29,589 nucleotides of DNA from Oscillospiraceae bacterium (GCA_031272845.1 JAISTA010000067.1:1-29589), one strand, 5' to 3'; shown: positions 7,464 through 16,068, numbered from the stretch's first letter. The notes: generated by a model from the letters alone, not told the origin. Numbers and translations are program-made.

Positions 7464-8336
7464 GTGATTAACGACGGCAATTATATCGAACAAACCGAAC
7501 CAAATAATGAAGAACGCAGCCGCTACTGGAAGACGGCAATCGGCCTGCAGCAGGTAGACAGGCTTATACCTTCAAAATACCTTATTGAAACAGCCCAAGC
7601 CAATATAGACGGCGAAATTTCTCTTTCCGAAGCAGAGCTGCTTATCGCCTCGTATTACAAAGAACACCCTGCTCAGACAGAAGATGAAAAGCGCAGTCAA
7701 GAGGCGGACACGGTGTCCGTTCGAATCGCGCAAGCGCTGTCCGCAAAAGCATTCTCGCTGTCTCCCGTTGAGCTTACGTCGATACACCGCCGTTTGTTCA
7801 CGGGGCTGTATGATTTTGCGGGAAAAGTCCGCGATTACAATATAACAAAAAAAGAATGGGTGCTTGACGACGACACCGTTTACTACGGAGATTTCCGAGA
7901 TATTCGTGAGCTTCTCGAGTATGATATTAACAGCGAAAAGACCTTCAGCTATGCTGATTTATCTCCTCGCGCGGCAGCGGAGCACATAGCGAAATTCATC
8001 TCCGGGCTGTGGCAAATTCATGCGTTCGGAGAAGGAAATACGCGCTCAATTGCGGTGTTTACCATTAAATATCTCCGTGCCTTCGGTTATGACGTGACTA
8101 ACGACGCGTTTGAAAAACACTCGCTGTATTTTCGGAACGCGCTTGTGCGCGCAAATTATAACAACCATCAGAAAGGCGTACGAGCCACACCGGTTTATTT
8201 GAATAGGTTCTTTGGTAACCTGCTGTTTGGCGACGAAAACGAGCTAAAAAACCGTGCGCTTCACATTAACTTTAATCAGGTTGATACGAAGCCGAGTTCA
8301 CCGGATAAAAAGCTTGATGAAGGTATTGAGCTGTAG
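7464..8336 (+). CDS. Fic family protein with N-terminal VbhA-like antitoxin domain
   Basis: Fic motif HAFGEGNTRS. The N-terminal segment WKTAIGLQQVDRL..YLIETAQANIDGEIS resembles VbhA. GTG start with RBS GGGAG. Confidence 0.88.
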   Translation: MINDGNYIEQTEPNNEERSRYWKTAIGLQQVDRLIPSKYLIETAQANIDGEISLSEAELLIASYYKEHPAQTEDEKRSQEADTVSVRIAQALSAKAFSLSPVELTSIHRRLFTGLYDFAGKVRDYNITKKEWVLDDDTVYYGDFRDIRELLEYDINSEKTFSYADLSPRAAAEHIAKFISGLWQIHAFGEGNTRSIAVFTIKYLRAFGYDVTNDAFEKHSLYFRNALVRANYNNHQKGVRATPVYLNRFFGNLLFGDENELKNRALHINFNQVDTKPSSPDKKLDEGIEL

Positions 8337-8381
8337 CTGAATACACGAATATAACCACACAAAGGCGTTCCGCGCAAAACG
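8328..8381 (+). repeat. Imperfect ~50-bp direct repeat, copy 1 (gene end plus half terminator)
   Basis: GAGCTGTAGC (8328-37) and AAGGCGTTCCGCGCAAAACG (8362-81) recur exactly at 9148-57 and 9177-96. Confidence 0.9.
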
Positions 8382-8390
8382 TGATATAAT
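8382..8390 (+). promoter_or_regulatory. Extended -10 promoter for the second fic gene
   Basis: TG-a-TATAAT immediately after the repeat; no recognisable -35. Confidence 0.6.
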
Positions 8391-8421
8391 ACAAAAAGTG
8401 AGCCAAATGGAGGCTGATACT

Positions 8422-9156
8422 ATGACAGATAAATTCAATATGACGGTCGAACAAAATATCTTTGTCGCAAAGCGGAATATTGTTGATTACATTTGGAAGA
8501 GCGCAAATCTCGAAGGGATTACGGTCACATACCCGGACACAGAGGCAATATTCAACGGACTTAGCCTTGCGAGCCTGAAAGTAAGTGAAATTGTCGCAAT
8601 AAACAATCTAAAACACGCGTGGCAATTTGTTTTGGAAACCACTAATTATCCAACAGATTACCCTCTTATTTGTGAGATACACCGCAAGGTCGGCGGCGAT
8701 AATCTTATAACAAATGCGGGGTTCATACGTAACGTACCCGTGTTAATGGGAGGGACAAGCTGGCGACCGGATATGCCGATTGAGTCGCAAATTAAAGAGC
8801 AGTTGGCGGAGATTTTATCCATACCGGAAGCAACTGAAAAGGCGCTCACGTTAATGCTTTATTGTATGAGAAAGCAAATGTTCCTTGACGGAAATAAACG
8901 CACGGCAATGCTTGCTGCAAACCACGTAATGATAGCGAACGGCGCGGGCATTGTGACCGTACCTATCGAGCTGCAAAGGGAGTTTCGCCGATTGCTGATT
9001 AACTTTTATGAAAGCGGTGACATGAGCGAAATCAAGATGTTTTTGTACGATAATTGCATAGACGGTATCGCGTTTCAAAATGAAAAGACGGCCGCACCGA
9101 ACACTCAGGAAAAACCACAGCAGAGTAGAGATGTAGACGCAGAAATAGAGCTGTAG
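8422..9156 (+). CDS. Fic/Doc family protein with His-to-Gln variant signature
   Basis: Motif QMFLDGNKRTA (canonical HxFxDGNG/KR) and N-terminal inhibitory-type motif SANLEG. RBS GGAGG before ATG 8422. Confidence 0.85.
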   Translation: MTDKFNMTVEQNIFVAKRNIVDYIWKSANLEGITVTYPDTEAIFNGLSLASLKVSEIVAINNLKHAWQFVLETTNYPTDYPLICEIHRKVGGDNLITNAGFIRNVPVLMGGTSWRPDMPIESQIKEQLAEILSIPEATEKALTLMLYCMRKQMFLDGNKRTAMLAANHVMIANGAGIVTVPIELQREFRRLLINFYESGDMSEIKMFLYDNCIDGIAFQNEKTAAPNTQEKPQQSRDVDAEIEL

Positions 9157-9209
9157 CCGCAACTAAACACACCCACAAGGCGTTCCGCGCAAAACGGAGC
9201 GTCTTTTCT
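9148..9209 (+). terminator. Direct repeat copy 2 containing a complete terminator hairpin
   Basis: AAGGCGTTCCG-CGCAAAA-CGGAGCGTCTT (9177-9205, G-U pairs allowed) followed by TTCTT. Confidence 0.7.
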
Positions 9210-9244
9210 TATGCCCAAACTCACACCAAAGGAGGCACGTGACC

Positions 9245-10240
9245 ATGCCCTACATAACCCCTGATATAATACAATTAGCGCGGGAAGTCGACCTGCTGAC
9301 GTATCTCGAAACCTACGAACCGGACAATTTAGTATCGCTCGGCAACGGCAATTATTGCACAAAAGAACACGACAGCCTGAAAATTTCCAACGGCAAATGG
9401 TGCTGGTGGTCGCGGCGCGTCGGCGGCGCAAACGCGCTGGATTATCTGACTGTCGTAAGGCAGCTGCCGTTCACGGAAGCGGTCGAAGCGCTCATCGGCG
9501 GCAAGCTGCCGATGACAATTCCGACACCCTCACAGCAGCCTAAACCCGCCGCAAAGGAGGACTTCCGGCTGCCGTGCGCAAGCTTTACGACTGCCGAAAT
9601 CACGAGATACTTAACCTCGCGCGGCGTGTCGGAGAGCGTTATCCGGTACTGTATCGAGCAAAAAATCCTGTACGAAAGCTACCCTCAACACTCCTGTGTA
9701 TTTGTCGGAAAAGACGAGACCGGACAGCCCCGCTTTGCCTGCTGGCGCGGGACGGAGGAGCGCCGTATGATGGGCGACGTCAAGCATTCGGACAAGCGGT
9801 TTTCGTTTCGCATTTCTCCTTCGGACAGTACAAACAGTAGCGCAACGCTGCACCTGTTTGAGGGCGCGATTGACGCGCTTTCCTACGCGACAATCGCGGA
9901 ACAAAGGGGCTTGGATTTTACGAAAATGCACCTGCTGTCGCTGTCGGGAATACACGCGCCGAAGCAAAGCACGGAGCAATCAGAGGCGCACAACGCGGCA
10001 CAAACACGCGCGCCGTCCGCGCTTGAAAACTATCTCGAATCGCACCCGGAGATAACGAAAATCTCCGTTCATTTTGACAATGATTACCCCGGACAAAGCG
10101 CCGCGCAGGGGCTTGTCGCGGCGCTATCCGACCGCTATTTGGTCGAGAACAGACCGCCGAAAAGCGGGAAAGACGTGAACGAATATTTGCAGGAATCGAA
10201 CCGCGAAAAGGGAAAATTCGACCTTGGAAATTGTTTATAA
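9245..10240 (+). CDS. DUF3991 plus Toprim domain protein (ICE-associated primase-like protein)
   Basis: N-terminal EHDSLKIS..WCWWSRRVGG..ALDYL; YLTSRGV; YES..HSCVFVGKD..G.PRFA; Toprim motifs LFEGAIDALS and FDNDYPG; C-terminal GKDVNEYL. Confidence 0.85.
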   Translation: MPYITPDIIQLAREVDLLTYLETYEPDNLVSLGNGNYCTKEHDSLKISNGKWCWWSRRVGGANALDYLTVVRQLPFTEAVEALIGGKLPMTIPTPSQQPKPAAKEDFRLPCASFTTAEITRYLTSRGVSESVIRYCIEQKILYESYPQHSCVFVGKDETGQPRFACWRGTEERRMMGDVKHSDKRFSFRISPSDSTNSSATLHLFEGAIDALSYATIAEQRGLDFTKMHLLSLSGIHAPKQSTEQSEAHNAAQTRAPSALENYLESHPEITKISVHFDNDYPGQSAAQGLVAALSDRYLVENRPPKSGKDVNEYLQESNREKGKFDLGNCL

Positions 10241-10319
10241 CCGCGCCGCGCAAATGCGTTTTCGCAGACGAATACGCGAACGAAAAGCGACAGCCAAACG
10301 CGCCTTGCGCGTCCTCGCA

Positions 10320-10590
10320 GAGGGGGTTCCAGGGGGATACTTCCCCATTGCAAGCAGTCGGGCAAGTGACGCCGCAGCGGCACTTGCAGGCGGCAAAACG
10401 GAGCGCTAATCGCTCCGCTTTGCCGCCGTCCGACTGGCGGTTGTGTACACACGTCCCAATAGGCCAAAACGCAAGTTTGGGCATATTTGGGAAAGTGTGT
10501 ACACAAACGCGTTGCTTGCCAGACTCGTGCAGATAAAACACTGCACCATATTCTGGAAAACGTCTGTTTTCTGCACGGGTCTGGTTTTGT
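10320..10590. other. Candidate oriT region (multiple long inverted repeats)
   Basis: Non-coding gap directly upstream of mobC-relaxase, with inverted repeats at 10362-10387, 10389-10427, 10441-10506 and 10519-10584. This is the usual position for a MOBP oriT; the nic site could not be identified. Confidence 0.6.
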
Positions 10591-10621
10591 AAAATACATT
10601 GTGTTCCCGGAGGGAAAATAT

Positions 10622-11074
10622 ATGACTTACCGAAAAAATAAAATACAGCTTCACATCATGCTGTCCGACGAGGACAACGCGAAGCTGATTCGAGACGCAA
10701 CGCTTAGCGGACTTTCCGTCTCGTCGTACCTCCGGCTGCTCATCCGCGGGTACGAGCCGCAGCCCGCGCCGGGAAAAGATTTCGAAGAAATGGCGCGGCA
10801 GATTTTAATACTCGGAAACAACCTTAACGCGCTCGCGGCGCGCGCCGCCGGGCTGGGGTTCATCGACGCGCCGCGACTCAAGGAAGAGGCGCGAAAGTGG
10901 CACGAGACGCGCGCGCATCTTTACGCGGCGTTCCTCGAGCCAAAGAAAAGAATTGCGGATGAAGAAGACGAGGAGGGCGGAGATGGCGACGTGCAAGATG
11001 TGGAATGTCGGGAGCCTGAAGCAAAGCTCCAAGTACATCAAAAACAAGGACAAGACGAAGAATCCGGAGCTTGA
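10622..11074 (+). CDS. mobC: Relaxosome accessory protein MobC (ribbon-helix-helix)
   Basis: RKNKIQLHIMLSDEDNAKL..SGLSVSSYLRLLIRG and ILGNNLNALAARA. RBS GGAGG before ATG 10622; lies upstream of and overlaps the relaxase. Confidence 0.85.
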   Translation: MTYRKNKIQLHIMLSDEDNAKLIRDATLSGLSVSSYLRLLIRGYEPQPAPGKDFEEMARQILILGNNLNALAARAAGLGFIDAPRLKEEARKWHETRAHLYAAFLEPKKRIADEEDEEGGDGDVQDVECREPEAKLQVHQKQGQDEESGA

Positions 11075-12341
11075 CGAGCCGCAGTTTTATTCTCTGCGCG
11101 CTGTGCTGGACTACGCCGCGAACTCGGATAAGACGGAGCAGCAGTATTTTGTCAGCGGCGTTAACTGCTCTGCGGATTATTCGTATCAGGAAATGCTCAC
11201 CGTCAAGACCCGGTTCGGCAAACACAGCGGTCGGCGCGGCTATCACGGAGTGCAGAGCTTTGCGGAGGGCGAGGTCACGCCGGAGATAGCGCACGAGATA
11301 GGCTGCGAGCTTGCGCGGCGGATGTGGGGCGAGGACTTTCAGGTACTCGTCACAACGCACCTAAACACCGCGCATTTGCACAATCATTTTGTCGTTAACA
11401 GTGTGTCCTGTGCGGACGGCAGAAAATTCCGCAACACTCCGGCGGACTATGCGCGGCTGCGCAAGCTGTCCGACGAGCTGTGCCGCGAATACAATCTGTC
11501 TGTCGTGGAGAAAAGTACCGGGCGCGCGCCGAGGTCGATTGTAGAAGCGGAAAAGCGCGGCGCGCCGACGCGCAAGGTTATTCTGAAAGAGGCTGTGGAC
11601 GAGGCGTTAGCCCACGCGCGCAGTATGCGCGAGTTTAAGTTCATACTTCGCGACATGGGGTACTTTTTGGACGACAACCCGAATCACAAGCACTGGACGG
11701 CGCGGCAGAGCGACTGGAAGCAGTCAATCAGACTGTCGTCGCTGGGCGGCGAGTACACGCCGGAGGCGATTACAAAGCTTTTAGCGTCAGTCCCAAAGCG
11801 GCCGAAGCCCCGATACAACCCGCGTCCGCGCACTACACAGTACATAAAGCAGGAGCCGTCGATACTCGCGCACACAAGCCTGTTTCGCGCGTATCGGAAA
11901 TATTGCTATCTGCTCGGAGTATTTCCGAAAAGGAATATTAGACCGACGCAGGTGCCGCCGCCTTTGCGCGACGATTTGCTTCACGCGCGAAAGATAATCG
12001 CGCAAGCTAAATACCTTGCGCAGTACAAAATTGAAACAACGGGCGAGCTTGCACAGAGGAAAACGATACTGACCGAAAAGAAAAAGGAACTCGAGTCCGC
12101 ACGAAGGTGTTTGCAAAACGAAATACGCCGTGTAGGAAGTACAGAGCAGGAACGAGTTGAATTGCGCGGCAAGGTAACTGCCTTGTCCGAGGAGATACGA
12201 AAAATAAAACAGGAGGTTAAGCTATGCGAAGATATAGAGGCTCGAAGCCGCGTTATGCGGGAACGCTTAAACCGCGTTGACACTGAAGAAAAACAAATAA
12301 GCGAAAACGACAAAAATAAAAACACAAAGGAGTATCAATAA
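10983..12341 (+). CDS. MOBP-family relaxase (relaxase/mobilization nuclease domain)
   Basis: Conserved Tyr in LDYAANSDKT, GYHGVQSFAEGE, and HUH-type THLNTAHLHNHFVVNSVS. RBS GGAGG before ATG 10983. Confidence 0.92.
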   Translation: MATCKMWNVGSLKQSSKYIKNKDKTKNPELDEPQFYSLRAVLDYAANSDKTEQQYFVSGVNCSADYSYQEMLTVKTRFGKHSGRRGYHGVQSFAEGEVTPEIAHEIGCELARRMWGEDFQVLVTTHLNTAHLHNHFVVNSVSCADGRKFRNTPADYARLRKLSDELCREYNLSVVEKSTGRAPRSIVEAEKRGAPTRKVILKEAVDEALAHARSMREFKFILRDMGYFLDDNPNHKHWTARQSDWKQSIRLSSLGGEYTPEAITKLLASVPKRPKPRYNPRPRTTQYIKQEPSILAHTSLFRAYRKYCYLLGVFPKRNIRPTQVPPPLRDDLLHARKIIAQAKYLAQYKIETTGELAQRKTILTEKKKELESARRCLQNEIRRVGSTEQERVELRGKVTALSEEIRKIKQEVKLCEDIEARSRVMRERLNRVDTEEKQISENDKNKNTKEYQ

Positions 12342-13318
12342 TGTCAGAAGAAATGGACGCTGTAGGCGCAGTATTAAAGTTCGCGTTTATGGGCGGCGAG
12401 TACGCCTTTAAGATTGGCGGCGCGCTCGCCAAAGAGACCGTCGCGCTCATCGCGGCGGTCGTTAAAAAAGCGCTGGCGGGAAACAACAGCGCAAAGAAGA
12501 AAATCGCCGACCTAATAAAAAACGCCGGTGAGGGCGGAGCGACATTTGTGCAGTGCAAGCCGGAGCAGCTAAAAGATGTGCTGAAGCACTTTAGAAAAGC
12601 GGGAATCGAGTACAATGTATACGACAACGGCAAGGTTGACGGCACGGCGGACATCAGCGTTAAGAATAGTGACGTTTCCCGAATCGCGCGTGTGTACGAA
12701 AAGCTCGGAGTCGGCGAGGTCAAAGTAAGTGCGGAGGCAACCGTTGACGGCGTACCGACGGCTATGCCGCAAGTAGACCCTGCAACAGGCGAAATCGTTG
12801 AAGCAGACGGCGCAGCCGTCACAGACGGAGAACCCGCCGCAGCCATTACAGACGCGGAGCCTCCCGCGCCGGAGATAGGCGCGCCTCAAAAGAGCGGCGA
12901 GCAGCTCGCCGCCGACCTCGCGCCCATTCGCAAGGAGGCGGCTGTTCCTGAAAACCCTACGGCGACGCCCGGGGCGGTACAAAACGAAAACCAACCCTCC
13001 GTGCGCAGCTCGAAGGAAGGTTCGGCGGCGAATCGAGCTCCTTCGCCGACCACCCCGCCGGCAAAATCCCCGAATCAGAAAACGGCGGAATCGAAGACTT
13101 CTTCGCCCGGCTCGAATCCATGGACGACGACGGCGGCGAGTGGTAAGAAGCCGCCAATCGGCGACCAGCTGTCATGGGGCGAGGGACAGAAAACGGCGTT
13201 CGCAGCTAAGGAAACTAAAAATCAGGACAAAAAGAAAGGCGGCAAGCCGGCAGGAAAAAAAGCAAGTACAAAAACCAGCGGTGCGTCAAAAGGCGCAAGC
13301 GAAGTTATTTCAAAATAA
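12341..13318 (+). CDS. PcfB-like (DUF3801-type) protein with long low-complexity Pro/Ala/Lys C-terminus
   Basis: N-terminal pattern and position between relaxase and coupling protein are typical of the PcfB family; TAATG coupling. Confidence 0.6.
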   Translation: MSEEMDAVGAVLKFAFMGGEYAFKIGGALAKETVALIAAVVKKALAGNNSAKKKIADLIKNAGEGGATFVQCKPEQLKDVLKHFRKAGIEYNVYDNGKVDGTADISVKNSDVSRIARVYEKLGVGEVKVSAEATVDGVPTAMPQVDPATGEIVEADGAAVTDGEPAAAITDAEPPAPEIGAPQKSGEQLAADLAPIRKEAAVPENPTATPGAVQNENQPSVRSSKEGSAANRAPSPTTPPAKSPNQKTAESKTSSPGSNPWTTTAASGKKPPIGDQLSWGEGQKTAFAAKETKNQDKKKGGKPAGKKASTKTSGASKGASEVISK

Positions 13319-13341
13319 TAAAACAATCAGGAGAAACAAAA

Positions 13342-14250
13342 ATGGCAGACAATTTTGATGAAAAAATCGTTGGGCAAGCGGAGCTTTCCGAATCCGCCTC
13401 CGACTCAACCGAAGAAAAGACCTTTGACAAAGACGAGTTTAAGCGGATTAAGCGCGAGGAGCGCAATGCCGCTTACGCGCTTGCCGACGCGGAGCTTGAA
13501 AAAATACGGACAAATCCCGACGAGCTTTCAAAGTATCTCGACACGCAGGCAAACCTGCCGCGATACGCTGTTACTAACGCGCTGCTCATAACGGCGCAGC
13601 TGCCGGGCGCAAAGAAACTCAAATCCTTTGCGGACTGGCGCGCGCAGAATGTTTCGGTAAAAAGAGGCAGCCGCGCAATAACGGTTCTTGACGGCGCTGA
13701 GTATGTGCGGGGCGACGGCACAACGGCTATCGGGTTTACCGCAAAGCGGGTGTTTGACGTAAGTCAAACGACAGACCGCGCGCCTGCCGCGCCGTCAAAG
13801 GTAGATGATCCCCGTGCGGAGATTGCGGCGCTCGCGGGGGCGGTGCCGTACGCGGTAGTTGCTACGGATACGCCGCCGGCACCGGATACCCTCGCCCTGT
13901 ATGACAATAAAACGCAGACAATCAATTGTATGCGCTCCTCGGACACGGCGGAGCTGTTCCGTCAGCTCACACGCGAGGCGGCTCACGCGGAGCTTGCGAC
14001 AACCGTCACGGCGTATGGCAGAGAAGAACAAGCCTTTGCCGCTGACTGCGCGGCGTATATGCTGTGCCGCAGGTACGGAGCTACCCCGCCGCCTGTTCCG
14101 CAGGTTCCGGCGCAGCTTGACGCGAAAGCACTGAAATCCGACCTGTCCCGCGCGGCGGTCGCCGTGCGGACGACAAACGAGCGCGTGTACGAGTACGCCC
14201 GCAGTCAGGCTAAGAGCAAGACGACGTCCGAAATTGATGTAGCAGTATGA
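13342..14250 (+). CDS. Second ArdC-like ssDNA-binding protein with degenerate peptidase motif
   Basis: RYAVTNALLITAQLPGA..KSFADW..VKRGSRAI..VFDVSQT parallels the 1615 gene. The HExxH position reads REAAH. Confidence 0.7.
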   Translation: MADNFDEKIVGQAELSESASDSTEEKTFDKDEFKRIKREERNAAYALADAELEKIRTNPDELSKYLDTQANLPRYAVTNALLITAQLPGAKKLKSFADWRAQNVSVKRGSRAITVLDGAEYVRGDGTTAIGFTAKRVFDVSQTTDRAPAAPSKVDDPRAEIAALAGAVPYAVVATDTPPAPDTLALYDNKTQTINCMRSSDTAELFRQLTREAAHAELATTVTAYGREEQAFAADCAAYMLCRRYGATPPPVPQVPAQLDAKALKSDLSRAAVAVRTTNERVYEYARSQAKSKTTSEIDVAV

Positions 14251-16025
14251 AAAGAAACAAATCACAGTCACGGCAGACGGTCGTCATAATGGCGGTGGTC
14301 GGCGCACTGCTTGTTGTGTGGCTCGCGCTCATCGCCGCGCCGGGCGTGCCGGACGGACTTGTAGGAATTATGCGCGCAATAACGGATGGGGCAAATGCGC
14401 CGTTTAAGATTGCAATTGTAGACGGCACCACACGCACCGTGCTTGTCTTTCTTGCGATTTACGCCGCCTGCATTGCGATGTATCTCACCACGCGGCAAAA
14501 CAAACGTCCCGGAGAAGAGCATGGCTCGGCACAATGGGGAAGCGCGGCGGCTCTCAACAAAAAGTACGCGAAAAAACCGCCCGAAAACAATAAGATACTT
14601 ACAAAAAAACTGCGTATGAGCCTTGACACGCAGGCAATCGGGCGCAATCAGAACACTACGGTTATAGGCGGCGCTGGCAGCGGGAAGACGCTTATGTACG
14701 TCAAACCGAACATCGCACAGGCAAACTGCAGCATGGTAATCCTTGACCCAAAGGGTGAAAACCTGCGGGATATGGGATTCCTGCTTGAATCAAAGGGCTA
14801 TCGTATCCGGGTTCTCGACCTGATACGCATGGAGCGCAGCCACGGCTACAACCCGTTTATGTATCTGCCTGACGAAAACGACGTCCAGCGGCTTGTTACC
14901 AACCTGTTCAAAAGCACCACCCCAAAAAACTCAAACACACAAGACCCGTTTTGGGACAACGCGGCGGCGACGCTGCTCTCCGCGCTTATTTTTTATGTGC
15001 GGGAAATGTGCGAGCCGGAGGAGCAGAACTTTGCAAGCGTTATGGAAATGCTGCGGCATTGCGAGTTTTCTGCGGATTCTCAGAATGCCGTGGACTTCTG
15101 CTTTGCTCACCTTGAAGCGCTGAAGCCGAACCACATTGCGCTGAATTACTACACTTCATTTCGCAATGGCCCGGATAAGACGCTCCAGCAAATAGTACAG
15201 ATCCTTGCAATCCGGCTTGAAAAGTTTAACCTGACGGGGCTTGTAGAGCTTACACGCCGCGATGAGCTTGACCTACGGTCGCTCGGCGAGGAAAAGACCG
15301 CGCTGTTCGCACTTATTCCGAATAACGACACTTCATTCAATTTCCTTGTGAGCATTTTGTACACGCAGCTGTTTCAGCAGCTCCTTGCAAGCGCGGATTT
15401 TGACCACGGCGGCAAACTCCCGGTTCCAGTGCATTTTTTGATGGACGAGTTTGCCAACGTCAGCTTGCCGGACGGCTTTGAACAAATTATTACGGTTATC
15501 CGCAGCAGAGAGGTGTTTGTAAGTATCATTTTGCAAAACCTCTCGCAGTTAAAGGCGCTTTATGAAAAACACTGGGAAACAATAATCGGCAACTGCGACG
15601 AGCTTGTATATCTCGGCGGCAACGAAGCCTCTACACACAAGTACATCAGCGAGCTTTTAGGCAAGGAAACGATTTCGACCAACACCTACGGACACACAAA
15701 GGGTATAAACGGTCACTACTCGGTCAACGACCAGACGCAAGGCCGCGAGCTGCTGTCGCCCGACGAGGTGCGCACTTTGAACAACCGGCGAGCGCTGGTG
15801 TTCATTCGCGGTGAAAAGGCTGTTGTCGACAGAAAGTACAACATGTTCAGGCACCCTAATGTGCGGCTCACGACCTACGGAGGCGCGCCGCCGTACATAC
15901 ACGGCACGCTTTTACTGCCGCCGATCGCGTCGGTCGCGCCAATCGACCCTGAAAGCATACCGCCCGAAGTCGTGGTTTACACCCTCGACGACTTCCCGGA
16001 CGACACCGCGCAAGCTGCGTCTTAG
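14247..16025 (+). CDS. virD4: Type IV coupling protein (VirD4/TraG family)
   Basis: Two N-terminal TM segments, HGSAQW, Walker A GGAGSGKT, DPKGE, DPFWD, Walker B FLMDEFAN, ILQNLSQL. Confidence 0.95.
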   Translation: MKRNKSQSRQTVVIMAVVGALLVVWLALIAAPGVPDGLVGIMRAITDGANAPFKIAIVDGTTRTVLVFLAIYAACIAMYLTTRQNKRPGEEHGSAQWGSAAALNKKYAKKPPENNKILTKKLRMSLDTQAIGRNQNTTVIGGAGSGKTLMYVKPNIAQANCSMVILDPKGENLRDMGFLLESKGYRIRVLDLIRMERSHGYNPFMYLPDENDVQRLVTNLFKSTTPKNSNTQDPFWDNAAATLLSALIFYVREMCEPEEQNFASVMEMLRHCEFSADSQNAVDFCFAHLEALKPNHIALNYYTSFRNGPDKTLQQIVQILAIRLEKFNLTGLVELTRRDELDLRSLGEEKTALFALIPNNDTSFNFLVSILYTQLFQQLLASADFDHGGKLPVPVHFLMDEFANVSLPDGFEQIITVIRSREVFVSIILQNLSQLKALYEKHWETIIGNCDELVYLGGNEASTHKYISELLGKETISTNTYGHTKGINGHYSVNDQTQGRELLSPDEVRTLNNRRALVFIRGEKAVVDRKYNMFRHPNVRLTTYGGAPPYIHGTLLLPPIASVAPIDPESIPPEVVVYTLDDFPDDTAQAAS

Positions 16026-16045
16026 TACGCAACACACAAAACCAC

Positions 16046-16068
16046 GCCGCCTGAATGGGCGGCTTTTT
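16046..16068 (+). terminator. Intrinsic terminator after virD4
   Basis: GCCGCC-TGAATG-GGCGGC followed by TTTTT. Confidence 0.65.
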
